Positions 45,154 through 55,644 of a DNA stretch of 64,000 nt are shown piece after piece. This DNA is from Amoebophrya sp. A120. Lineage: Eukaryota > Protista > Dinoflagellata. The notes below the pieces were generated by a model, which did no database searches, had not been told where the DNA came from, and worked only from the letters and a program-made list of their open reading frames with translations. The stretch covers positions 7,210,548-7,274,547 of the forward strand of contig CAJINV010000004.1 in NCBI GenBank assembly GCA_905178155.1. Direction: 5' to 3'. Every line of letters starts with the position of its first letter. The first letter of the stretch is position 1. Made by a program: the position numbers and the translations under genes.

Positions 45154-45976
45154 GCGGGGCGTCACGCGCAGGCGCCGCGCATGGCGCGGGGTGTTCTCCT
45201 GCTTCCTTCCCCCGTTCACTGGCGCCCGCCCGCTGCCGCGCTTTGCCTTTGCGTTGTCGGGCCTAAGGCCTGCAACCTCGGGCGCGCTTCCAATGCGGGC
45301 GGGGTCCTCGCGCTCGCACAACGACGGGAACCACGGGCGCCAAGACGCTCCGCCTTGGTTCTTTCAACAAGAAGTGGCGCAGATGCTTGGCCCCGCCCTG
45401 CTTCAGAAACCCTTTCCCTTGCCCATCCTCTGGCGTTTTTCTTTCCCCCCTGTCCACTCGTTCACCCTCCCACTACGCGACATAAGCTGCGGCCTTGTAA
45501 AAAAGTGACCATCTTTTTCAATAGATTTCGTTTACTTTAATTACACACCATGTCGGCTGAGCAAAAATTGCACTTGCACCTGGAGCTGGAAGTGGAAACG
45601 GACGATGAAATAAGCAATAAAAATCTCCTCGTATATCTGTTTAACACGAACGTATTATGTGTCACATAATCTTATTCTTAATCTATTCAAGGACATCGCT
45701 TATTCAGCGCGTCCTGTTGCATCTTCAGTTCTAAGTAAGTACTTCGCAGACACAAAGTTACTCTATACTTTAAACTTATGGTGAACGTTGCAACTCGTAG
45801 CTGCACATAGGAAAGTGTGCTGATGAAACGCGACGTTGGAATGATCAACCTGAACCTCTACCTAGTCTAAACCTTAACCCTATCATACCCGCAGAAGGAG
45901 AAAGTACGTCATGATTTTGCTGCTTGATGTTGCCTCAGCTTCATCAAGTTGAACTATTCCTTATTGCTATATTATC

Positions 45977-48900
45977 TTAATTCTGCTTCTGCCACTGCCC
46001 AATCCCGTTCCACAGACATCCGACCAACTCGGAGTAGGCGAAGAAGCCAAAGCTTTCCGCCACGAGTCTGGCCCAGTTTTCGTCTTCGAGAGCCGAGAAA
46101 CCACCCATGTCCTCATACGTGGTGTATATGCGCAGGGCCGTGTAGTGCAGACGCATGGCCCGAATTCCGCCGCGTGCATCCATCATCCGCCCCAGCTCCT
46201 TCACGCGCTTCTTTGCGTCCTCGTCCCCATGGATTGCGAGACCGCCGACGTTCCACAGCTCCCGCGTCCACGCGTGGTTGTAGTGCGTCTCGCCGAATTT
46301 TTCATCGTCGGACTCTGGTACGAGCAGATCCTTCAGCAGCTTTGCCAACTCTATCGAAGCTCGTTCCCGGCAGAGCGGATGAGAAAGTCCGGCAATGCGA
46401 TTGGCTAAGAACTGCAAGGAGCTGGCCTCCAGATCGGCTTCCTCCATGGCCGACAACTTGGAATTCAATCCGCGCCCGGCCTTGTCATTTCGGTCCTGCG
46501 AAACCTGGTACTGGCCCGCGTGGTAGGAGCCGCCAACTAGGTGGACTTCCACTCCACTCGGCGTTTCGCGGGGGACGTATGCGAACTGTGCCGTCACGGC
46601 GACGTCGCCGCTTGCAAGAGCGACGTCCAGACCCGCAACATTCGGCGGTGCTATCGGGTTGCTGAATTCCCGTCGCGCGCACTCGCACCCACTGAAGCCC
46701 ACGGTCTCGAATGCCGGCGCGGAGTCCGAGTTTTTTCCGAACCTACTGCACAGAAAAGCCAGCGGGCTTTCAAAACTTTTCCTCGTACCATCAATTTCGA
46801 ACTCCCCACCGCCCTGCTTGTTGAGGCCGCTGTACCCCTCAATCTTCGGTGGAAACGCGCCCGTACGAGCCCAGTTAACAATCTGTTCCGCGGTGGCGTG
46901 GACCAGGTGAATCTCGTCCCCGCCGTCGTAGTCGTCGGGCGCCCCTACGCTCGCAACCTGCTCTATCCACCACAGCAGCTTTTCCTTCTGCTTCCGCAAG
47001 CCAGCGACGTGAAGCCAGCGAGCCTTGATGGCGACGCCGTCTTCCTCCTCCAGACTATTGAGGAACCCCGCAGGCGGCGCGAACACGTTCAAGAGATACG
47101 ACAGTCCATGCTTCCACTCTTCTAGCTCCTTTTTCCGATGGGACCTCAATACCTCCCGGACCCGTCCCACGGCTGCACGAACTTGTTTGACCGAAACGCG
47201 AGGCCGGGTGTGTCCGCTCAGCCCGCACACCCCTTGGGGACCTAGCGCTGCTCGAATCTGTTTGTCCGTCAGCTCGGCCGCCTGCAACTCGGCGGCGGGC
47301 AACGCAGCTGCTTCGGGATCGCAGCCTGCGCTGCAGGCTTGGCTATTCACCATTGCTGCAGAACTCTTGCCGCTAGTATGTGGAGGAAGACAAAGCCCGG
47401 TCTCTCGTGCGTGTTTCAAGACTCTCTTAAACTTTCCATCAGAGAAGCCTAGCTTTTTCGCGAGTTCCCTGTTTGAAAGGTTCGGCTCCGCAGCCTTCAC
47501 TTCCGCTACTGTCGCTGCATCCTGGTCCAGTTGCGTCGGTGTAGTTGTTGTTCTCGTACAAGGATTAAAGGTGCTTCTAAGCGAGCCGGCTATTTCAGAT
47601 GTTGATGTGAGTTCACCTCTCGTGGCCATTGCTGTTGGTGTTGGAGGTGGTCCTGCATCTGCAAGTTCTTCGGCTGTTAGAGAGGACGAGGAGCCACCGT
47701 CTCCGAACAAGTTCGCGATGTTTTCTAGTTCTCCTGGGTCAACCTCAACGCAAGACTCGTTTCGCACAGCAGACGAATTCCCCCTTGCCCAAGGACTTTC
47801 ACCTGTACTGCTGGACCACGCTCTCACTACTTCGGCACACGACGATGATGGCGTGGCGCTTCCTTTGTCGTTTTCCTCCACCACGTCGTCGTCAGGATGC
47901 GTTCCATAGAGCGTGTATTCGAGGTCTTTCACATCCTCGATCAAGCTCACCGGCTCGTTCGACCCATCCAAGCGTCGTGCCCGTACTGCCCTTCCAACCG
48001 TCTGAATCAGCTCTCGCAATATGCGGAGGTTCTCTTTGGTGAGCAGTGGTCGCTTCTGCTGGAACACGGCTGTTCCAATGTACGGAAGTGGTTCATAGAG
48101 CTCTCGGCGGACCAGGTGGAACTTCGGGCCGTGTTTATCGGCCAACGCGCAAAGGCCCTCCAAACGGGTCACCAACTCGGCGAACTCGCCCGTGGGAGAT
48201 TTGCGAAGCACTCGAAAAAGTGGTGTTAGCTTCTTCAACACTGGAACGAGCTCCTCCGTGACATGCTCTCCAACACGAAAACCACCGGAAGCCAGCAATG
48301 CCACAAACCTCTTTGCCAGCGGCTCTGCGTTTAGTAGGTCCGCAAATTCTTTCGTGATTGATTCGTCGCCGCAGGCCAGCTCCGCCGTCTGTCCTCGGTG
48401 GCGGTAGTTCTGGTCCGCTTTGTTTACCTCATTCTGCCCATCTATACAGGGCGGGTTGGAGTGCGCGCGGTCGTTGCTCAGGGTGGAGCAGGTGCTGAAG
48501 CTTCTCTTGATCTTCTCCTGCAGCTTTTCACTGCGTTCCTTGCTAGCCTTCTTCATTTGCTCGAGGGAGAGATGCTGCGTCAAGGGCGCGACCCTCCACA
48601 CTGGTCGCAAGTTTGACGGTGGCACACGAACGGTGGTTACACTCTTGGACCGCGCGATGGCTGCATCATCGGACCGGGAAGGTTGACTCTGTCGGGGGAC
48701 GATGTCTACACGCACTAGGAGCATGTCCTCATGAGCAGCTTCTTCCTGCGCATCACGCGACGAGACAAACCCTGTGTGCTCCAAGTCTGCGTCAGAGCTT
48801 TGTTTCAAAAATTTTCGGTATGCGCGCGCTCCAATCTCACTGGCGCATGAATCCTGATTCCGGAAGATCTCCACCTGAAGAATGCCGTCTTCGTCTTTAG

Positions 48901-50440
48901 TGCCAACTGCAGCTTGATTCGTGAAGAACCCGCGCAGAAGTAAGCGGTCGGCAATCCTTGCCGCCCGTGTTCTCAGCATTGTGTTGTCTTTGAACTCGAC
49001 CTCTAAGGCGGTGCGCAACGGAGTGACTTCGATCGGACACAGGCTCTGCAGAATGAAAGGCCCCACCTTCGGAAGAATGGCTGCACATCCGGTTTCTTCC
49101 GCTTTTTGCGTCATGAGCATCGTGTGCGAGAGCAGGTCAGCAAGCTTGTCGCCAAACAAAAGCTTCTTGAGATCCGCTGCTAGCTCAAGAGCGGGCGTCT
49201 CCACGAACGAAGCAGGGACGCAATCAAAATCCGCTCTCGTCGCGCTTGCGGAATGGTCCGAAGCTGATTCCGGATTCACCGCAGAAACCCCTGGCGTGTA
49301 GTTCTGTTTGTATGTAATCAAAGGGTCGCACCAGTCGTACGCCACCCCGCTTAAGTCAACGTGGACAAACTTCCGCTTCATCGGATCGCCGTCCGGTACC
49401 GCTGCGTCTTCGACAACGAAAACCAACCATACGTGGGCGACCGAGTGCTTCGCGCCCAGCACATTTTCCTGAAACTCGCGCCATCGCGCCACCGAACTGA
49501 AGCCATTTAGCTGCGCGCGTTGCTTTTCCTGCTCGGCTGCATTCGATCCGCTAACACCAAACATCACCTGCGCCGCTGGTGGAAGCCGATCGGCCGCCAA
49601 TATTGTGGAAGTATCCATGTAGCTGCCGATTTTGTACTTGTCCCAATGCACGTTCACCTCACCGCGGTACTGTGGGTGGTGGATGGAATCCGAGGTCATG
49701 TGCCCTGGTGTTTTGCACGAACCACAACTGGCACCGTCATCGCGCACCTTCAGGTCGTCCACCGCGATTCGGCCAAGCGCAACGAAAACATTCAGCACCT
49801 TGCATCCTTTGTGCACCAACCGTACCCCGCGTTTGTCAGCCACCTCACGCACTGCAGCTGCAAGATCTGCAACAGTGTGAGGCGCTGAACTCGATCGCTC
49901 AAGCTTCCAAAACAATGCGAGCTTTTGCTGCTGCGTGAAGCTTTCTTTCAGCCGACTCCCGGTTTCGTTGTTTGGAAAAGTAAAACACCGCTCGACTTCT
50001 GTGGGCGAACGAACGGATCCAGATTTGCGGCTCAGCAGTCGCAATGTATTTGCACCAAGGAGTTCGTAGGTGGAGATGTAGTTTTTGCCCCTCGTGAAGG
50101 CGCGCGACACTTCGGCGGCGAGGTCAGTGATCTCAACTTGCAAAATACCGAGTACGTCGCCTTCGTTTCTTTCTCGCGTCCTGGGGCCGGTTGTAGGCGT
50201 CGCATAGTTTTTCGCTTCGCTCAGGTCCGCACTCTTCTGTCTGCCCGCGTCCGCTGCTCCGGCTGCTGTAGAATTCTTTTCCGACAAAGCCAGCGTTTCT
50301 GCAGTGACAGAAATCCGCTTCAACTCGTGGGCAAGAGAAGAGAGATCAAATATCCCGGAAACATCACGTAACAGCGGAAACAAAATCTCAAGCTCCACCG
50401 ACTCCACGAGCCTGTCCAGCGAAAGGACGTGTTCTGTCAA
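45977..50440 (-). CDS. Large intronless hypothetical protein with an HTH-like segment
   Basis: 1487-aa ORF; PNLSNRELAKKLGFSDGKFKRVLK; C-terminal ELGRMMDARGG...LWNGIGQW. True start uncertain. Confidence 0.75.
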   Translation of the reverse strand: MTEHVLSLDRLVESVELEILFPLLRDVSGIFDLSSLAHELKRISVTAETLALSEKNSTAAGAADAGRQKSADLSEAKNYATPTTGPRTRERNEGDVLGILQVEITDLAAEVSRAFTRGKNYISTYELLGANTLRLLSRKSGSVRSPTEVERCFTFPNNETGSRLKESFTQQQKLALFWKLERSSSAPHTVADLAAAVREVADKRGVRLVHKGCKVLNVFVALGRIAVDDLKVRDDGASCGSCKTPGHMTSDSIHHPQYRGEVNVHWDKYKIGSYMDTSTILAADRLPPAAQVMFGVSGSNAAEQEKQRAQLNGFSSVARWREFQENVLGAKHSVAHVWLVFVVEDAAVPDGDPMKRKFVHVDLSGVAYDWCDPLITYKQNYTPGVSAVNPESASDHSASATRADFDCVPASFVETPALELAADLKKLLFGDKLADLLSHTMLMTQKAEETGCAAILPKVGPFILQSLCPIEVTPLRTALEVEFKDNTMLRTRAARIADRLLLRGFFTNQAAVGTKDEDGILQVEIFRNQDSCASEIGARAYRKFLKQSSDADLEHTGFVSSRDAQEEAAHEDMLLVRVDIVPRQSQPSRSDDAAIARSKSVTTVRVPPSNLRPVWRVAPLTQHLSLEQMKKASKERSEKLQEKIKRSFSTCSTLSNDRAHSNPPCIDGQNEVNKADQNYRHRGQTAELACGDESITKEFADLLNAEPLAKRFVALLASGGFRVGEHVTEELVPVLKKLTPLFRVLRKSPTGEFAELVTRLEGLCALADKHGPKFHLVRRELYEPLPYIGTAVFQQKRPLLTKENLRILRELIQTVGRAVRARRLDGSNEPVSLIEDVKDLEYTLYGTHPDDDVVEENDKGSATPSSSCAEVVRAWSSSTGESPWARGNSSAVRNESCVEVDPGELENIANLFGDGGSSSSLTAEELADAGPPPTPTAMATRGELTSTSEIAGSLRSTFNPCTRTTTTPTQLDQDAATVAEVKAAEPNLSNRELAKKLGFSDGKFKRVLKHARETGLCLPPHTSGKSSAAMVNSQACSAGCDPEAAALPAAELQAAELTDKQIRAALGPQGVCGLSGHTRPRVSVKQVRAAVGRVREVLRSHRKKELEEWKHGLSYLLNVFAPPAGFLNSLEEEDGVAIKARWLHVAGLRKQKEKLLWWIEQVASVGAPDDYDGGDEIHLVHATAEQIVNWARTGAFPPKIEGYSGLNKQGGGEFEIDGTRKSFESPLAFLCSRFGKNSDSAPAFETVGFSGCECARREFSNPIAPPNVAGLDVALASGDVAVTAQFAYVPRETPSGVEVHLVGGSYHAGQYQVSQDRNDKAGRGLNSKLSAMEEADLEASSLQFLANRIAGLSHPLCRERASIELAKLLKDLLVPESDDEKFGETHYNHAWTRELWNVGGLAIHGDEDAKKRVKELGRMMDARGGIRAMRLHYTALRIYTTYEDMGGFSALEDENWARLVAESFGFFAYSELVGCLWNGIGQWQKQN

Positions 50441-50622
50441 GGAGCATACCTGCGGAGATGGAGAAAGGAAACACTACATTTACATACTTAGTATTCAGCA
50501 ACGTCATCTTCATTCGTTGACCAGCACGCGTCTGGTGGCGAACATCAAATTGTGATATCTAAGATTTGATAGCGCTGCCATTAGTGCACCAATTTCATCA
50601 AGTGTAGAGCAAAAATTCTGAT

Positions 50623-53600
50623 TCATCCGACACCACAAAATACGTGCGCATAACTCCAAAACGGCGTGATTCCCGTGTTGTACCGCTCGCGCAATTCTGC
50701 AAGCCCTTTCACTCCGTCCAGCCGCTCCAAAAGCTCGCAGTATGTGCTGCACAAAACACTCTGGCTGTCTTCCCATGCCTGCCGCGCTTGCGCGGTCGGT
50801 TTTTTTGCTACGAAAGCCTTTCCGAACTCCAGCAGTTTCCGCAAAACAGAGGCCGTGACGGCTTTGCCCGCGAGCGCTTTTTCCACTTTCTCAAGAAGTC
50901 CCACGTTTGTGGTTTGCTTGTGTTCCGTCGGGGACAGCGAGAATGATGGGACGAAGCGCGCACAAAGCTTGATCGCAAGCTCTAAACTCTGGCGAAGCGC
51001 CGGCTCTTGTTTCGGAATAAAATCTGCACTGTTCACACTTTCATCACTGACAGATGATGAACTATTCGTCTGCCCCTGCTTGTGCTTGCACATTTCGGTA
51101 ATAAGTCCACACCTCGCTAGCTCCGCTCCACCGATTCCGAGGCCCTCTATCACGCCTTCGTCCAAACAAATCTGAATCTTGTTTCCACGCTCCAAAGATG
51201 ATCTGACCGAGGCAAACATGGGCCCAAGCACGTTCAGCACAGGGCCGACATCGCGGACCAAAACCCGTACAAACTCGAAGGTCGCTTCTTCCGGACCTCG
51301 CCCGAACTCCTGTCCCACGGGAATCATCTGCAAGGCCAGGAGCTGCACGTCCGTTCCACCTTTGGACTCCTGAGGGTCACGACGAAAGCTGGCGTCCTCT
51401 CCCGCACTGCTTTTGTCGTAGTGGTCCGTGGGCTCGTAGCCCGCGGAAATGGCAATAGAAAACATGCCACAGCTGACCGCGAAAGCAAGCATGCCATCGA
51501 GGATGGGACTCAAGAGTCGCGACGAGGCGCCGCTCTTCGGCGCCGTTTTGCTTGGTGAGAACGTTCGCAGGTCTATACTTGCCGGACGGAGGCCGGCCAT
51601 CTGGGATTGTCGGTTCTGCGTCAAGCTGTGTATTGCTAGATTTGCACACGTTGTAATGCGGCTGAGGAGGCAAAGCCCGAATGGGTTTTGGTACAGCTCA
51701 TGCTGCAGGCTCAGGTCCCTGTTGTAATTCGCGAAGGTGACGCACCGAACCAAGTGCAACACGACATGTGCGAGCTTTACTACCAGTTCCGAGGGCGACG
51801 CGTTCTGGTCACTGAGGGCCGCTTGCGAGAAACCGCGATGGGCGAGTGCGATAATTCGCGCTCTAGTCACCTGTAGAAACTTGAGAAGGCACAACATGAT
51901 GTGTGATACCAGCATGGTGTAGCTCGGCGCCTCTGACGAGATCAGAACAGACCTGCTGCCGTCAGCGAAAAGGAAAACCGGGCGTAACCGATCACGAACA
52001 AATGCAGCTAGGTCTTGCAGAAAGACCAGCCGATCATGCGGCGAAGCTGAATGGTGCCACCACTTGTTGAGCGAACTCGTCTTATTCTGCGTCTGCTCGT
52101 AGTTGTGTTTTCCCACAGACGCAACACCCACGTCGGCGTTCCTGCACGTTTTGTTTTTCTGCTTTCTCATTTTGTCATTGCGCGCCACGGCAGAAGCAGC
52201 AGGTGGTGCGCACGGAGGCACTGGGCAACGATGGCCTCCTTCAAGTTTCGGAAAAGCAAATTGCTCGAGGACGCTAAGCCAGGCGCCTAGCATCTGCCAC
52301 TTCGACTGGAAACTCGTGCGCCAGTACTCCACCGCGTCGCGCAGATGCTTCCTACTTTCAAATATCGCTAGCGACATCTGCTCCTCCTTCTGCGCGACGA
52401 CGAGATTGGTTGTTGTCAGACTCGAAGCCCGGCTTCGGCCGTGCGTCTGCGTTGTTGAGTCAGAGTCTTTATTCTTCTGCGAATGCTTTGTAGTTGCTGA
52501 TGCGGCTGCAGCAAGTGGTCCAACGGAGCTTCCAGGAGATTCAGATTCGTCATTGTGTGTGCCAATCGCGTCGGGGTCCGTATTGTCATGCACATCTACG
52601 TCCTCGACCTCGAATACAGATTCATCGTCATGGTCCTGCTCCTGCTCCTTCGCCTCTATTTCCTCGATTCCGCAGGAGGAAGAATCGGCGTCCATGTCTG
52701 CCGCGTTGGCTATCTGATCGCCTGTAGTGGTCAAACTACAGTCTGGTGTCACGCACTCAACTGCAACTGATTGCGCGAAAATGCGGCCAGCGTAGTGTGC
52801 GAGTTCCTCGAGCCACTGTCGCAACTCCTTTACCCGCAGTAGCTCGTCGTGGCGTACAATGCAATCTGCGTCGAATGCATACGCAGTGCACTCGTCGCCG
52901 ACTCCGGCAGGTTCTCTGCCGGGGTCCTCCGGCCTCTCCGTATCTGTTCCGCTATTTTGTGCGTCCGAATTATCAGCAATAACCGTTCCGCCGGCAGCTG
53001 CGTCAGCACCTCTGCCTCTACTCTGTCGACCTTGCTCGCAGCTGCTTCTGCAGTTGTCCTCTGTGTTTCTTTCCTTCTCCTCCTTCCGTGGTTTGTCTTT
53101 GTTCCTAACCGAGGGCAAAAGCCAGTTATAATGGAGCTCCTTCCTTACAACGTCGGCGAACTTGATCAGGACACCCAACAATACCGGACTCTTCTGCAGC
53201 CTTTCCAATGCACGGCGATCGTGAAGCGTAAGTCGGCGCACGCAGTCCAGAATGTGCACCAAGATTGCGGATGCTAGGCCGGTCTTGTTCCGCACGAAAA
53301 AGCTTTGTCGTCTCGCGAACTCTAACAAGCTGGCTTCGTTTTGCTCATCGGACGGTGGAATCTTTATCTTCTGTTTATGAGCAGATGACGCAGGATTGTT
53401 TTTTTTAGACGAGATACGCAGGAGGCAAACAGTGCGGACGAAGCGCGCGCTCCAAGAATTGTTCGTGTATTTCATCTCATCTGTTTGTCGCATGTCGGTG
53501 TCGGTTCTCTGTCCTCCTTGTCCAGCGTTTTCAGCTTCATCACCATCGGTTTCTTTTTTTTCTTCGGAACCAAGGCGCATGGCCATGTCAATTATTTCGG

Positions 53601-54909
53601 CGTGTCCGAGAAACCCGTGGCCTCCGAGCTGCTCCGTACACGCCAACGCAGCGCTGATAAATTGGTCGAGCACAAAATCGTGGAACTCCACACGCCGCGT
53701 TTCCACGTCAGACGACCCCCGCGAAGTGGACTGAGCAAGGACAGAGGCCTCTTTCAGGCAGCGGCACACAAGGTCAACAATCGAGACTTCCCGGAGTGCT
53801 TCTCCTGTTCCATCGACGGCTGAAGCAGTAGGTCTTGCGCCGTCATCTCCCTCCGCCTCGTGACCGACGTTTTTCGAACCGGTTGGTGTCACTCCCGTCA
53901 CGACCACTTGCGCTTCGGTTATAGTTTCTGAAGGAACCGCAACCGATTCCTCTCCGGAAGTTGAAGATTCGCCGGAAGTAGAAGAATACGCCGGTAGTGG
54001 TCTTGTCCGGAGTTCTTGCGCTTGTGCTCGGTCGAGCTCGAGTACAAGTGTAGAATCTTGATCTTCATTTTGATGATCATCGTCGATCCCGAGCGCGAAC
54101 CGCTGCCCGACTAGACCCTGAAAGGCAGTTAACAGCAAAACTGCCCGGTCCTCCGCGACTGCTTCTAAATCGTGGTCGCCGGAAGGAAATCGCGCTGGAA
54201 AACTGCACGATCTCTGTGTCCTCGCCTTGATGTTCTCGTCCCGGTTGAGAGATGAAAGATTCGCGAAGACGCTGCCCTCCAGAGACAGCAGTTCGTAGCA
54301 CTTTTCGTACTCTCCCTCGATCAGACACACATTCGCCTCCAGGAGAATCGCCTCTACGTCGGACAAAACCTGTTCTTTGAGCACCTTCTCCTGCTCGCGT
54401 GCCTTGTCTGCCCACTGCTCTTTCAACTCGGAATACTCCTCCGCGGTGAGCTCCTGTGAGGCCAAGCTAAGAGTCTCCTCGACCCACACGCGCGTGGCGC
54501 GATTCAGCTGTTGGTCGCGCCACTTGATCTTTCCTTCGGGCTTTTTCTTCGTCGTGGCTGTCGTGCCGGCAACCCCTTCCAGTCGATGCTGCTCACCTGC
54601 GGCGTGGGCGTCCCGCCGCCGATCGCGGTCCCGTTGGCCCTGCTGTAGGTGCTTGAGGATAAAGGTGAGCGCCTCCACCCGCACCTTGTTGTTGTGTACA
54701 GGCACGGGAATCGGCTTTCCGCCCTCGCGCGTGAAGATGAAGTGGGACCCGCAGATCCGTCGTCGCTGGTAGTGTTTGCGCTTCAAAAGCGCGAACACGA
54801 AGTCCGCTCGCACGCCGTCGACGCCCATCGCGTTACTCAGGGCGTGCGAGTAGTCTGGTGAGACCGAAAGCGAACGGGAGACAACTCGATCGCCAGAAAG
54901 TGGCGACAA
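50623..54909 (-). CDS. Large intronless protein with an N-terminal HicA/YcfA-like domain
   Basis: 1428-aa ORF; first ATG at 54828, followed by ...FALLKRKHYQRRRICGSHFIFTREGGKPIPVPVHNNKVRVEALTFILKHL. Confidence 0.78.
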   Translation of the reverse strand: MSPLSGDRVVSRSLSVSPDYSHALSNAMGVDGVRADFVFALLKRKHYQRRRICGSHFIFTREGGKPIPVPVHNNKVRVEALTFILKHLQQGQRDRDRRRDAHAAGEQHRLEGVAGTTATTKKKPEGKIKWRDQQLNRATRVWVEETLSLASQELTAEEYSELKEQWADKAREQEKVLKEQVLSDVEAILLEANVCLIEGEYEKCYELLSLEGSVFANLSSLNRDENIKARTQRSCSFPARFPSGDHDLEAVAEDRAVLLLTAFQGLVGQRFALGIDDDHQNEDQDSTLVLELDRAQAQELRTRPLPAYSSTSGESSTSGEESVAVPSETITEAQVVVTGVTPTGSKNVGHEAEGDDGARPTASAVDGTGEALREVSIVDLVCRCLKEASVLAQSTSRGSSDVETRRVEFHDFVLDQFISAALACTEQLGGHGFLGHAEIIDMAMRLGSEEKKETDGDEAENAGQGGQRTDTDMRQTDEMKYTNNSWSARFVRTVCLLRISSKKNNPASSAHKQKIKIPPSDEQNEASLLEFARRQSFFVRNKTGLASAILVHILDCVRRLTLHDRRALERLQKSPVLLGVLIKFADVVRKELHYNWLLPSVRNKDKPRKEEKERNTEDNCRSSCEQGRQSRGRGADAAAGGTVIADNSDAQNSGTDTERPEDPGREPAGVGDECTAYAFDADCIVRHDELLRVKELRQWLEELAHYAGRIFAQSVAVECVTPDCSLTTTGDQIANAADMDADSSSCGIEEIEAKEQEQDHDDESVFEVEDVDVHDNTDPDAIGTHNDESESPGSSVGPLAAAASATTKHSQKNKDSDSTTQTHGRSRASSLTTTNLVVAQKEEQMSLAIFESRKHLRDAVEYWRTSFQSKWQMLGAWLSVLEQFAFPKLEGGHRCPVPPCAPPAASAVARNDKMRKQKNKTCRNADVGVASVGKHNYEQTQNKTSSLNKWWHHSASPHDRLVFLQDLAAFVRDRLRPVFLFADGSRSVLISSEAPSYTMLVSHIMLCLLKFLQVTRARIIALAHRGFSQAALSDQNASPSELVVKLAHVVLHLVRCVTFANYNRDLSLQHELYQNPFGLCLLSRITTCANLAIHSLTQNRQSQMAGLRPASIDLRTFSPSKTAPKSGASSRLLSPILDGMLAFAVSCGMFSIAISAGYEPTDHYDKSSAGEDASFRRDPQESKGGTDVQLLALQMIPVGQEFGRGPEEATFEFVRVLVRDVGPVLNVLGPMFASVRSSLERGNKIQICLDEGVIEGLGIGGAELARCGLITEMCKHKQGQTNSSSSVSDESVNSADFIPKQEPALRQSLELAIKLCARFVPSFSLSPTEHKQTTNVGLLEKVEKALAGKAVTASVLRKLLEFGKAFVAKKPTAQARQAWEDSQSVLCSTYCELLERLDGVKGLAELRERYNTGITPFWSYAHVFCGVG

Positions 54910-55644
54910 CAGAAGGAGCTGAGAGACATTTTGATTGTAGACACAACACGCTCCTGCTGTTCCTTCGAGAAGCGAGTGGGAATAGCGGAATTACACGACT
55001 GTGTACTTCTTTCTGAAAATGGTTGTCGTTCTTCTTCAGATCGAACAATTCCAAATTCGGATTGCTTTTTTCATTTTCTTCTTCCTGTGCGTCGACAGCC
55101 AAACGAAGCAACGGTAAGAACTTCAATATCTGTATGCCGTACGTCTAGGTCGTGCTGCCCCACACCCACCCACAGTCACAGATGTTCATTAAGATATAGA
55201 AACCACTAACTCAAACTCCTGGTGGAGCTGCTCCTGCTTCACGCCACCAAAACGCGGGATACGAATATCTCTTCGGTTCGTATCATGCTCAGGAAAACTT
55301 GGCAGATATTATCAGAACGTAAAAAGCTTCTGTCAGAAACGGAACGAAGCACCCTGCGGATCATCTCTTTCCACCTTTACACAACACAGCATTTACATCA
55401 ACAGTTGATGTGTTGACAACATACTTCTGCACGACAGAGAAGACAGCCGCTGCTCGAACATCAATCCTGTGTACTCACAGAGGAAGCCTCGGCCACTGCT
55501 TCCTGACTTTCGTTTTTCTACATTTCAATTCGAATTTCTGTATTATTCAAGGTCGGGTAGTATTAGCACATATCAGATAAAGCATTCGCATTGTCTTTGT
55601 CGCTGGGTAGTAGAGCAGTACAACTCAAAGTAAACTGTTCTTCA

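Noticed and set aside
43761-45540. Long ORFs of 350-557 aa
   Set aside because: Artefacts of satellite DNA plus the N gap.
45977-54909. Large ORFs as the introner transposase
   Set aside because: No DDE, HUH, tyrosine-recombinase or RT motifs seen, and no flanking TIRs.
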